Below, one piece after another: positions 1-12,100 of a stretch of DNA of 64,000 nt. Numbering within the stretch: position 1 is the stretch's first letter; each line of letters begins with the position of its first letter. Under the pieces are notes generated by a model. That model saw only the letters and a list, made by a program, of their open reading frames with translations, ran no database searches and had not been told where the DNA came from. Source of the DNA: Amoebophrya sp. A120 (taxonomy: Eukaryota; Protista; Dinoflagellata); NCBI GenBank assembly GCA_905178155.1, contig CAJINV010000007.1, forward strand, positions 3,862,265-3,926,264, given 5' to 3'. The translations under genes were made by a program, and so were the position numbers.

Positions 1-3000
1 GAGCAAGTTATAAGAGTCCAGGTAAGCTTCGAGACCGTCCGGCAGCAGGCGCAGCAAAAGGGGGTCGACGTGCCCAGGCAGCTGAAGGACCTGGGGTACA
101 ACCGCTTCGAGGACTTTATCCTGAGTTGCGAGCAGTTCACCTGGACCTGCGACCCGATGGCGCTGGCGGAGCTCGGGCCCGGGATGGTGCTGTACTTCGA
201 TTTTCTGAAGTATCTGATGTCCCTGGCCGCTTTTTTTTTCGTATGTTACCTCCCCGCGATGTTTGCCGTGGTCAAGGGGCAGGACGACCGAGAATTGGAG
301 TTGAAATCCTGGGTGGTATCCCCTGTAAAATCCTCTTCGCCTGCTCGCCCAGCTGTTCGACGTAGTTGTTCCAGTGGTCTTTAATACCACGACTCGTGGT
401 AAAGATAGGAAACCTAGTACTTGTGTGCGTGTCGTGTTCAAGACCTGGTCCTGGTGGTGCATTTCCATTTATTACGCTCATAGGCAACATGTGTATCATC
501 CTCGTCGTGTGGAGGGTCTTGTCTTTCTCACCACATGCTTAAGTACACATGTGGTTCGGCTTATGGCACAGCCGAGGGAGGAGGAGGTCAAGAAGAGGAC
601 TCTTTTACATTGCATACCAGATTGATTCCTTGACAGTGCCTGCCAGTGTGAATCCCCAGGGCGCGGGAGCCGTATTTACGTGGCTAATAAACAACAGCCC
701 CGCGGTGGTTCCGTCTTACTACTTCGCCATTGGCAACACAGGCAAGGGCGTGCTGAACGACAACTGGGTGATTGTTTTGTACTTGGTTTCTCTCTTCTTC
801 GGGGCCATCTCGGTCGGACCCTACTCCGTCCGCCAAGAGAGAATCGACCAGGAGTTATGCAGTTCTCAAACGTTACATTCTCAACTGTTACACGAATTTG
901 TGATGCAAAAACAGCAAAAGTGAAATGGGGAAGATTGCGCCTCTTGCAGTACAGGTTTGGCACAGATTTAGATACTGTTTAGCCCTTTGGAAATTTGTCA
1001 TGCGAAGCAGCTTGATGGTGTAGATGATGATGAGCGTTTTGCATGGCAAATTATGTAACAGCTGAGAATGTAACGCTTGAGAACGCCATAGGAGTGCGAC
1101 CTCGCCTCGGTGTACCCCAACGACTATGGTTTGTTCATCCGGAATCTGCCGCGGGACGAGTGCGAAGAGAGCAAAATCAAGGAATATTTTGAGCAGAACG
1201 CGCTACCGGGCGATCGCAACAACCGCTGCGAGGTCGTCAAGGTCATCATTGCCTGGGACAGTACGAACCACAAAATTCGAAGCCACTGAACCGTCCACCT
1301 AGAGGTCAGAGGAGCATCAAAACGCATGACAGCTACTTGATTTCGGCGAAGATTCGAACTTCAATATTTGTCATGCTGGTAGTTGACGTAGTGAAGGAAG
1401 AGGAATATGCAAAAGCCGTTTGTTTTTTATATCATGCATCGGCCGCATGAAGAATTTGATTTTCCATCTACCTGTGCGGTAAAACGAATTTTTCTCTGGA
1501 CACAAATCACCATGTTCAAGCAGTACAGCGACAAGCAAGCCCAGCTGGGTAAGCAGTACTTTACCTTGTTGCAAAAAGGCGCGGAAAAGGACGACCCCAA
1601 AGTGCTCGAGGTAAAAACGCAGTTTGAAGAGGTTACTAAGGAGCTAAAATCGCTGAAAGCCGGACAGAATCTGCAGGGATCCGGGTGCGCGATCGTGGTG
1701 TTGAAGCACCAGAAGGACCACCGGGCGGCGCTGGACAAGTGGGAGAGGTCCATATGGCTGAAGATGGTGCACGGGCTGAGTGAGTCGTTTCCGGTGTGTG
1801 CCTGTTTGGAGGGGTTTGTGGCCTATATGATGGGCACCCCCTTGTACAAAAACTCCGCCGGGGAGGGGCACCTGTTGAAGGTGACGCGGGCTCCGAACCC
1901 GTCGGACGTAAATTGGCAGGACCTGGGACGAGGTAACTGCGAGTCCTTGCTCCAGCGGTGGCAGCTGTATTCCGTGATGGGGGTATAGTCTTTCGCTTTT
2001 CATCTTTTGTAAGTACACAGTGTCCCGTGACATGCTGAAGTCAAGAAAAAGACAGCAGTGTATCTTCACGAATGGAAACTTATATTTATACATAGAAGCA
2101 TATAGCATATGCATATTCCTCACAACCTCCACAGGTTATGATTGGCGTCTGTTTCGTTTGCACGTGGTTGCTTTCTGAATGGGCGGACGATGAGGAGGGC
2201 AACATGTGGGTGAACATGACAACGGCACTGACCGTGGCCGCGCTGAACGGAATTTTGCTTTTCGCGTCCCGGTATTTGACGCAATTTGAGTACCACGAAA
2301 CCAAAACCTCTGAAGACGGGTCGACAACGAAGAAGATGACGGTGGTACCCTGTGGAAAAGCATCGCAGTATCTGTACGTGTACCTAACTCGAAGTATGTA
2401 ACTGTGTGTACGTATACTACACTGTGTGTAGCTGTACGTATACTAGCAGGATTACATGACTACAGACCCAGTTGTTTCTTACCGAGGTCTGCATGCTGAG
2501 CTTCATTTTCATTTTGATCCTTTAATTGATATTAAGATTGACATTTTTCATGCCACCTGTACATCGAAAAATGGGAATGCGATGCTTGTTTTGCAATCCA
2601 TACCTGGCCATGGTGATCAACACGGCCATCATTCAGTTTATTGTGTACCGCGACGACGAGCACTGGTTCCGAGACGGGGGGCTGGTCACACAGATGATGT
2701 TCATGGTGCTCACGCACGCGGTGATCATGCCCTGGTTTGGGATGATCGACATAGGCTTCAAGATGAAACAGTACGCTGCGAACAGAATCGACTGGGAAAA
2801 GACCAAGCTTCCGCAAGAAAAAATCAACGGCATGTACACCCCGTCGGAGCTGGATTTACCGCGCCGCTACGCCATTTCGCTGAAGATTTTCCTGACCGCG
2901 CTCCTCTGCCTGCCGCTTTTCCCCTGGGCCATGCCGTTTTGCGTCCTGGGCCTGATGCTGCAGTACGCGGTGGACAAATACATGCTGGTCACGAAATTTG

Positions 3001-5276
3001 CCCGGCCGGCGTTCACGAAGAACCCGGAAAACGCGTTCGATGCGCTGTCTTTGCTGCACGGCACCATGTCGCTCTTTGCGCCGCTCACCTTCTTCCTCTT
3101 CCTCCGACCGGCCTGCACCGACGACGTGAAGGGTTTTCTCACCGGTTTGTTATTCCCGGTCATGTTCGCATCCTTCGCGACGTACCTCCTCCCACTTCCC
3201 GTGTGGCGGACCTTCACCCGGACTTTCTGCTGCGTCATCGGTGGGTGCGACAAGGCGTTCTACGGGAAGGACATCGAGGACACGACGCACGATATGGACT
3301 ACTACACGGCGCAGATGATGTGGGGCAAGGGAATGAAGTACCACAAGTCTCACCCTTTGTACGCGGCGTTACCCGACAAGGTGAACCCGGAGAACATCCC
3401 CCGGCCGGGATCATCCCAAGCCGCGCAGCAAGGGGCACAGGTTGGAGCAGGCGGTCAGCAGACGGTGGTGGTGCCAACCTCTACCGTGCAGATGTTCCAG
3501 CAGAATCAGCAGGCGATTGAAGTTATGAATCGCAAGCGTTCTAATATCCTCGCACTAGACCACGAGGACGAAATTGCACATTTTTTTTTGGAAGGAGACC
3601 TCCTCGTCGAAATTGTCATATTACAGTTGCAGATTCATTGTTATGTCACTGTCAGCAACAGTAGACGAGCAAGCAGATGCAGCAGATCCATCATGCCAGA
3701 CTGCAATTGAATTCATTGTTGTATGAGTCAGAGTCGTGCGCCGATAGTGCTTTTGTGGTGCATAGAGGTGAACTTGGCGAATGTCTTGATCAGCTACGAC
3801 CAGGTGAATCGGGCGGGCGCCGCGAACGCGGTTGTGATCCCGGCGTCGGATGTGCAAGTGTCCAACAATTACGGTGGCGGAAACGCGAACACTGTGCAAA
3901 CCTCTGGTGTGGTGGTGCAGCAGAGCTCCCAGCACTTCACGGTGGACCCTTATGGGGGAGGGAGGCAACAAGGTTCCTACGGAGGCGGGTCAGCCTATGG
4001 GTACGGCGGTTACGGTGGGGGCAATTACGTGATGAACTTTGGCGCCGCGCGAATGAATTACCAACCAGCCCCGGGGCAAATTGTTATTCCCGCGGCCCCT
4101 GCCACGGTGGACCCACGACAATCGGCTGGTATGATGGTGCAACAGCCCACTGTCGTCCAGCCCAATATCTACGGTGGTCAGCAGGCGCAACAGGTACAAA
4201 CCTTTCCTCCTCAACAAGTAAATCAAAACTATAATCAAAGCGGCCGCGGCGGTAGATCCTCATCTGGCGGGGGGTCTATTGTGCAAAATGTGTACAACTT
4301 CGGCCAAAGTGCCTACAACGCGTACAACAGGAAACGCAACAACGCGTATGACAGGACGCGTAACATTAGCATCCGGCCACCTCGTACTTCGAAAAAACTT
4401 CAAAAAGACTTCAAAGATGAGTTCAGTGCGAGTTCAATACGAACGCCGACAAAATCCTAAATTTATCATAAAGTCATTTGACCTGTTGCAAAATCGAAGA
4501 GAGCCAGCGTCTCTGTCGAAAGTCGGCTGACTTTGCGTAAAGTTTGCAATAACTCAAATGACTTTTTGCGGAATTTGCACCAAAAAAGTCAATTGACTTT
4601 GTGCTAATTTCACGAAAAGTCAAATGCCTTTTCCTGAATTCGGCTCATTTCACAGACAGGCAGCAAAAGTTTGAAGAATGTGCCCAATTTTTTTGCAGAA
4701 GTCAGTTGACTTTTTTGGAAATTAGCATAAAGTCAATTGACTTTTTTTGATGCAAATGCCGCGCAAAGTCATTTGACCTTGCCTGGAAGTTGTCAAAAGT
4801 CAAGTGACCTGTGCCCTTTTTGAAGTCAACGGATTTGGGCAAATTATTGAACTCGGACTGAACTCGGACTGAACTCGTAATGAACTCGCTTTTGAACTCG
4901 TGCTCCGGTCTTTTTGAAAACTCTAAAAGTGCGAGGTGGTCCCGTGCTAAGTAACAACAATCAACAACACAACTACCACAACAACTCTTCTTCCCAGCAG
5001 ACCTATAATTCTTCCTCCTACCAAAACCAATACCAAAATCAAAATCAGCCACAGTACCAGTCCAACCACCAAGCGCAGTACCAGCCGGGCGGCGGGCAAT
5101 ACATCGCCGCGGCGGCGCCCGTGGTCGTCGCAGCGAGCCAAGTGCAGTACCAGAATCCCGGGGCGGGAGGCGGTTACCAGCAGCCACAGCAGTATGGGGG
5201 ACCAGGGTACGGGGGCGGTGGGAATAACCAACCCGTGATAATATCTGCAGCGGATGTACAGGTCGTGAGGCAGTAG
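1..5276 (+). CDS. OSCA/TMEM63 (CSC1)-like multi-TM channel, 5'-truncated, multi-exon, with Gly/Gln/Tyr-rich tail
   Basis: Spliced frames give GPGMVLYFDFLKYL, YPNDYGLFIRNLP, VTRAPNPSDVNWQDL, FEYHET, DLPRRYA, QYAVDKY, typical of OSCA/TMEM63. Introns about 316-620, 855-1094, ~1261-1506 (uncertain), 1983-2134, 2345-2606, 3523-3768, 4360-4950. Confidence 0.8.
317..616. mobile_element. Fossil introner inside canonical GT-AG intron 316-620
   Basis: Left end TATCCCCTGTAAAA versus reverse complement of right end TATGCAATGTAAAA. Element (300) + 5 equals intron length 305. Confidence 0.55.
856..1090. mobile_element. Introner, ~50-bp TIR, TSD GGAGT
   Basis: GTTCTCAAACGTTACATTCTCAACTGTTACA pairs with TGTAACAGCTGAGAATGTAACGCTTGAGAAC. 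GGAGT at 851-855 and 1091-1095. Removal gives DQECDLASVYPND. Confidence 0.9.
2346..2602. mobile_element. Decayed introner (family A-like)
   Basis: TACCCTGTGGAAAAGCATCGCA ... TGCGATGCTTGTTTTGCAATCCATA. Flanks GGTGG/CCTGG. Removal gives KKMTVAMVINT. Confidence 0.7.
3524..3764. mobile_element. Decayed introner
   Basis: TATG...CATA ends, flanks GAAGT/GAGGT, frame restored (QAIEVNLANV). TIR is weak. Confidence 0.5.
4366..4950. mobile_element. 585-bp MITE-like intron with TTAGC termini and 6-bp TSD GTAACA
   Basis: TTAGCATCCGGCCACCTCGTACTT / AAGTGCGAGGTGGTCCCGTGCTAA. Internal AAAGTCAATTGACTTT palindromes and TGAACTCG repeats. Removal restores TRNNNQ. Confidence 0.85.
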
Positions 5277-6148
5277 TGAATTGCTGACGAGATTTCATCT
5301 CTGGAGACTGAACCCGTGGTGATTTTTTGTATACTCATATTTGTCAAAGTCAATCTCTTTGGTTCGAGCTGCTAGCTCGCGGCGTTTTTTTTCAATACTG
5401 ACACGACGTTGCCACGAGAGTCATAAAGTGCTCCGGTTCTGCTCTCTGTGTGCCCTGAGTTTTGATTTGGTTTTTTTACTTCAACTTTGACACCAAATAT
5501 CTGCACTGCAAAGGCCCTGCGCATGATGATGAGATGATGTTCTTGTAGGACGACGTGTCACAACGCAGATGAATGGAATTGTGTGCACTTCTTCGAGGAG
5601 GTGGGCAACTTTATAAATTCCCACACCTAGTGGTCGTAAAAAATACCAAACCGCTTTTCGGAGCTTGCTTCAGCAGGAGACTGCATACACTATACTGTTG
5701 ACGGCGAGAGTTCATCAAAGTCGAATAAAAGTAAATCTTTCTCTTTGCTGGTGCCTCATTTTAGATGCTGTGAACGTCCGAATAAGTAGAAATTACATGT
5801 TTGATTTCGTAAGAGTTGAGAGAGAGCTGCATGCTAAGCAAGCGGAGCGCGATTCGTCCGTAGTTTGGGAGATTTACATTTTCTGATTTCGTGGTTGCGT
5901 GCTAGACAAGTGGTTGATGAGTGTTCACGAGGAGAGCTTTGACTTCCAGTGAGTGGTGCGAGTGTGAGTGAAATTGCGATTGCCAACGTCGTAGCTCCAC
6001 CGTAAGAACAAAATGCGACATGTCAATTCGTGAATGGTATTTGAATTTATATGATATTTCTGTCCATCATCGTGTTATTTTCATCGAGGAGGACGATCGT
6101 CTTGAATCTGTAAGAATTTCCACCGATGTCCGTTGCCAAAAAAAAAAC

Positions 6149-9100
6149 ATGGCAGATCAAGATTTATTCATGATTCCCTTCCAGCAGGTCCTTCGGCTTA
6201 CCAAAGCTGGCTTCGCTAGTATCGTTTTCGTTGCGACTACGACGATGAAGACGCTACATACATATATACTTGATGCTTTGATAATGTCCCGAGAGCGACG
6301 AGATCGTCGTAGTTGCCGCAAAAATGATGAAAGCACAGGCAAGCTAGCATACTAGCGCGACATCAAGATGGACCGCGTCCCATCCATCAAGGTCGTTCAC
6401 GACCGCCTGCACCCGGCGTTGTCCCGGACCCAGACCTTCTTCGGCTCCCTTTTTGGGCGCAAAGCGGCGCAGGATCGAAAGGATGCAGAAGCGGACAACG
6501 ACGAGGCTGAAGACCACGAGGAGGGCGAGCACAGCAAGGACGGCAATGGTAAGGGGAAAAAGAAAAAGAACGGCAAGAATGGAAAAAAGTCCTCAAAATC
6601 GACGAAATCCAAGGAGAAGTCCGACACCCACGAGGACGGGACGCCGGGGGACCTGAACCTGGACGACGATGAGCCGGAGGAAACGGAGGAGGAAAAAAAG
6701 CGGCGGAAGCGGCGGGAGCGGGCCGAGCAAAAGGCACGGGAGCTGGACGCGAGCAAGAGTCCGGAGGAAAAAGCGCTGGACGAAGAGTTCCGGAAGATGG
6801 TGAACTTGAAAAAGAAAATCAAGAAGGAAATCAAACAGCTCGGGACCGACCCGGGCAAGCCGCCAGACGTGGAGGACTTCTACAAAACCTATCCGCTGAA
6901 AATTAACCATCCCCATCCAGTTTGTCATGCAAAACATACACAAAGTCCTCTGTTTGTCATGCACAAAGTGGTTGGGAATGGTCAATTTTCACGGAATAAA
7001 ACCGCAGACTTTTTGCATAAAAGGCTCTTCAAGGAGGATGAGATAGACGCGCTGGAATTGGCAAACGTGGAGGTGCCCGCGACCCCGGAGGAAACGGAAG
7101 ACCAAAAGAAGGAGAGATTGAAGAAAAAAAAATTGAAGAAAATGAAGCAGTCACAGTGTATTGCTCGTTTCGTTCTTGTATTTTGATAGCTGGGTTATTT
7201 CGGTTTTGCTTTTGCGTTGCTGTAATGCTGTGCTTGGGTTTATTCTTTTTTGTTCGATGATGATGATGATGTTTGTGAAAACGTTTTCACTGCGCATGTA
7301 GTTCATTTTCATTCTGAGCAGCTGTATTACACATGGAGTTTTGATAAGTGATGTTGTCCTATGGATTTTATTCAATTTACCCCACAACCACCCTAGCCGG
7401 AGACTACCCCCCGGCCTCCGAGCGGTTGAAGTACCGGCACAAGGTCCTGCAGCCACTGTCCATGCAGATGAAGCGGTACATTTACAAGGACTTCAAGCTC
7501 GAAAACCGGTATGACGACGAGATTTTCGTGGATGATAATTTGGACGACGAGAAGGTGAAGATCATGTTGGACCTTGGGTTCCAGTACGACGATCTGTACG
7601 ACGAGGAGACCGGCGACCCCGTGGAATACACGAAACGGGAATATCCAGGAAAAAACACCCATCCCCATCCATTTTTTGCATGACAAACAAAGGAATTTAT
7701 ACATGTTTTGCATGACAAATTGGATGGGGATGGGTGTTTTTTCCTGGATAGGGAACTGCGGGACATGGTCGCGCGGAGAAATTTATGCTGTGCAAAAGTA
7801 TCGTACTCGTACTAATTGCAAATATGCATGACAAATCTTCCTCCAAAGGTAAAACAGCATTACAACTGCGCCTTTTCTTCTTGCGAAAATTTGTAATGCA
7901 ACCTATACTACTACGTTACTTTTGCAATGCACAAAATTTCGAGCTGCAATTCCGCCTCGGGGAGTCGCCGACGCGCAAGTGGCGGCAGGACGCCCGGTTC
8001 CTCGGCGGAGAGCGGGGGTTGCTGGCGAAGCAGTTAAAGTCCCCGGGCATGATGCTCACGGACGAGGACATCGACAGGGAGGACGAAGTAAAACTACTTT
8101 GCCATAATTTACTTATTAACATCGACAATGAGTTGACGTTTTGACGTGCGGCTGCACCAATGCGCACGCGTGTGAAATTGTCATGCGCGAAAATTAATCA
8201 TCGATCGGGAGCACATAATACATCTGAAATCTTCAAAATCTTCTCAAAAAGGAAATGGACGAGCGCTACTCTGATGGATACGCCATGTGGGTTGAGCAAC
8301 AGCAGTGGAACTTGTACTACGAGACGCTCGCAGACGAGCTGGAACAAAATATGCATTGCAAAAGTTCTTGAAGCATCCATCGTACTAAAAGTACCAACTT
8401 TTGCATCTGAAATTGTATCCATCTCGAAAGGCATCAAGATGGAATCTGTGATGCTCGTGTAGATAGCAACCTACAAGAACTTGTTGTACTAGTTTTGTGA
8501 TGCAATATCGCGACTTAGTGCGGTAGAATTAGTGCGAGTACGAACATTGACGATACTTTTGCATTGGATAGAGAAGCTCCAGAAGCAGATGGCGAAGTAC
8601 GACGCGACGCACGGTGGGATCGGAAAGCAAGCGCTGATCGGCCGCCGGTTGAAGCACTCTTTGTCCCCCAGAAGCCGACAGAAGTTGAAACACGCGCTGC
8701 AGTCTCACGACCCGGACTCGTTCCCGCTGCCGTTGAATCTCCGAGACGAGGAGATCAAGCAAAAACGAAAGGAGATGAAGGAGGCTGGCGTGCGGCACAA
8801 CGTCCGCGCGCCCCCGCCACCCCCGCTGCCGAAGCGCGAATGGTTCGAGAGAATCGGGGTCGAAGAGGGAGTGCGCACCCCGCAGTCGGACGGGGATATT
8901 TCGAACGCGGAGAGGGAGATCAGAGAGCAGCTGAATCTATCCAAGGAAAAAACATTGTAGGTGTAACTTTCTTGGAGGATTAGCATGACAAATATGTCTC
9001 GCATGACAGCAAAAACCTGTCATGCGCAGATAGTACGGGAAACGCCCTTGAATGGACCCTACTATGCAGGCTCAGCATGACAGGCGCAATCAATTTGGAT

Positions 9101-12100
9101 GCTGCGCATCACAAATTTTTTACGCTAACAACGTTTTTTTCTTGGATAGAATCAGGAGCTGGAAGACTACTTGCTTGCCAACGCCGATGCCTACGACGAC
9201 TTCGACAGCCCCATGGCGCAGAAGGTCAAGGGCTTCGGGTACTTGTCTTCGTCGGGCAGTTATGAAATGCAAAAATGTCTGGGTCTGGAAACTTGTGATG
9301 CTAAAAATGCATGATGAAAACACTTTCGAATGCAGTCCGGCATGACAACTTCCCAAAACGCTTTCTCATAGGCAATCCGCATGAGAAACTGCGTTTTTGC
9401 ATGACAAACGAGGCTGCGACTTTTGCTGGTTATGCGATACAGATTTTCTAGGTATGGTAAGCTAGCATTACAAGTTCCAACCTTCCAGACCCAGACATTT
9501 TTACAATCCATAGCAGTCAATCCGGCGGTGGGCAGGACGGCACGGAAGTCGGTTTAGGGGGTAGCTCGAAGACGATCAAGAAAAAGAAATCCATCTTTTC
9601 CTCCATCGACCTGCCCGGCGCGAGCATCGCGCGGGGGGTCGCCTCCGTGTTCGGGCAGCAAGAGGAGAAGGAGCTGAAGGGCATAGACCTAGTGCAGGCG
9701 GGGCGGACCAGCTTCAACATGGCGGCGTACACCGGGGCGGACGGAGGCAGAGCGGGTTTGAAGTACGCGTTTACGAACACGGAGAAGCGGAACGCGCGAG
9801 AGCGGGACCAAATGTTGGACGAGCGAGACGAGTTGTTAGAAAAGCGGGAGTATGCATTGCAAAAGTACTTATCGTACTCGTGTAAGTGCATTAGAAATTT
9901 TGTCCTCAGCGTTAGAAATTTGCAATGCGGATTTACCTTTAAGAAAAAGATTTGTCGTGACTGCAATCACTACGAGTACGAAACCTTTGCACAGCATAAG
10001 GAGGACAAGGCCGACGAGCTGGATGAGGAAAGAAAACTCCTCGACGCGCAGTTGGCAGAGATGAGCTCGCCGTCGATTCTGCAGCAAAGCCAGCCGAAGG
10101 AGGGCGAGCACAAGTCGCCGCCGCGGGAGACAAAGGGGGACAGTTTTTACAGTTCATCGCGAAGTAGAAACAGCTTTTCGAATCCGTACGATTTTTCCGC
10201 AACCGCAGCGAGGGGGAGGAAGCTTCGGTCCCAGATGCGAGCGAGGTTTCACCAGAAAAACCACGAAAACTTCTATGTGGATGGCGAGCATAGCGCGGTG
10301 GTGCCAGAGGAAGGGATGGACGAGGAAAACCAAACAGCAGAAAAAGGAAAAGCAACTACAACAGCATTCTCATTCAGTACCGAAGGAGAAGCAACAGAAC
10401 ATCAAGAAGTTGAGGAACCATTCCCCGACTACTACTTCTTTCCCCCAACGACCCCGACGAGCACCAGCAGCACCCTTTTTTTCGAAGGCGAGCACAGCAT
10501 GCGCGCTCCGCCGCCCCCTCCCGAGGACCCACCGGTGCCGATCGCGTTGTACTTCCCCGATCCGGACTTTGAGCAAAATGACGAAGATGACGACCAGAAT
10601 GCAGAGGACCAGGAGGCCGCGATCCGGGAAGCCATGATGGTGAGTCAAGCGCAGGTTTCCGGCGAGGAAAACGAAAATAACGAAACCGACGAGCCAAGTG
10701 GCAGTAGAAGCAAGGACCACTTGATGGACTCCAGCCTAAAGAAAACCATGTCCGGCGGGCTGGAAGTGATAGAAGAGGGGGAGGGGGAGGAGGGAATGGA
10801 CTTGAACAGGGAGGGAAGTAAGGAATCCGTGCAAGAAAGTAGGCAGTCCGGAGATGTTTATGATAACGCTGACGGTGCTGGTAGAGGAGCAGAAGTAAAT
10901 GGGCAACTACAAGTCATCGATCCCGCTGCTGATCCGCTACAGAAATCGCAGGATGATTCCCTGGTTCTGTATGACACGATGGTCGACGGTAGACTGGTGA
11001 TGGCGGGGGAAGAAAACGTGGACATGACGGGCATCCCGAACCGCGACCGGGAGGACTACGAGCGGCCGAAGAGCCGCGAGCGAGACGAAAATTCCGACCT
11101 CCCCTCCTCCTCCGCGAGCTCGGGGGGCTCGGTGATTCACCTGAAGTGGGTCGCGCCGCCAAACGAAAATCCCGACGCCAGCTACCGGCTACCCCGACCG
11201 CCACTGGCCTTGGGCGTGGACTTGGACGGCGCGATTGCGAACATCAAACAGACCAAGGAACTCCACGCGGCGGCGTTGGAGAAGAAGCAAAAATTCGGGG
11301 AGCAGATGGTGAAAAAGCACGCGCCCAACGCGAAGAAGTACCTGCAATACGGGGCGGAGGTGGAGCAGATTTTGCGAAGGTCCAAGCACAGCGTCGAAGA
11401 GTACCAGCGGAAGCAGTACAAGCGGAAACTGCAGCGAGATCCGCCCCAGAAGACCAACGTGCGGGACCCGGCGTCTTGGGTGAAAGTGTTCCACTTCGAC
11501 ACCATGACGACGAGCTACTGGCGCTTATCAAATGCAAAAGCATCGTACTCGTACTAATCGCAGACACGCATGACAAATCTGATTCCAAAGGTAAATCAGC
11601 ATGACAAATTCCCTTTTACGTTCTGAGGATGAAATTTGTCATGCGATTTATAGATACTAGTGCGATACTTTTGCAATGCATAGCGCTACGAAGCATACAA
11701 CTTCGTCCTGCACGCATTGGACGCGACAAAGGACGTGATCCCGGTGACAAAACGGAACTTCGAGGTTTTCCAGCGAAAATTCGAAGAAGGAACGCTGCGG
11801 CAACAGGCAGAGGAGGTACTTACTTACTTTCATTTGTTTTTTTCTTTTGTCATGATAGCGTGTTTCCTTTGTGAACACAGAACAAGCAATAGCTCAAGTA
11901 ACAAATCTTCTGTGCAATGAAGCTTTGGTGTCCCTACCTACCAACATCCCTTTGTGCCCACCGCAACGTCAAAACACACGACGCGAATAATAAACTTCCA
12001 GGAGCGCAAGCGCCTAGAAGAGGAGGCTAAAGCGTTGGAGAGGAGCAAAAAACGTGTGAACCCCTTCGGCAAACGCATTTCTTTCGAGGACGAGGACGCC

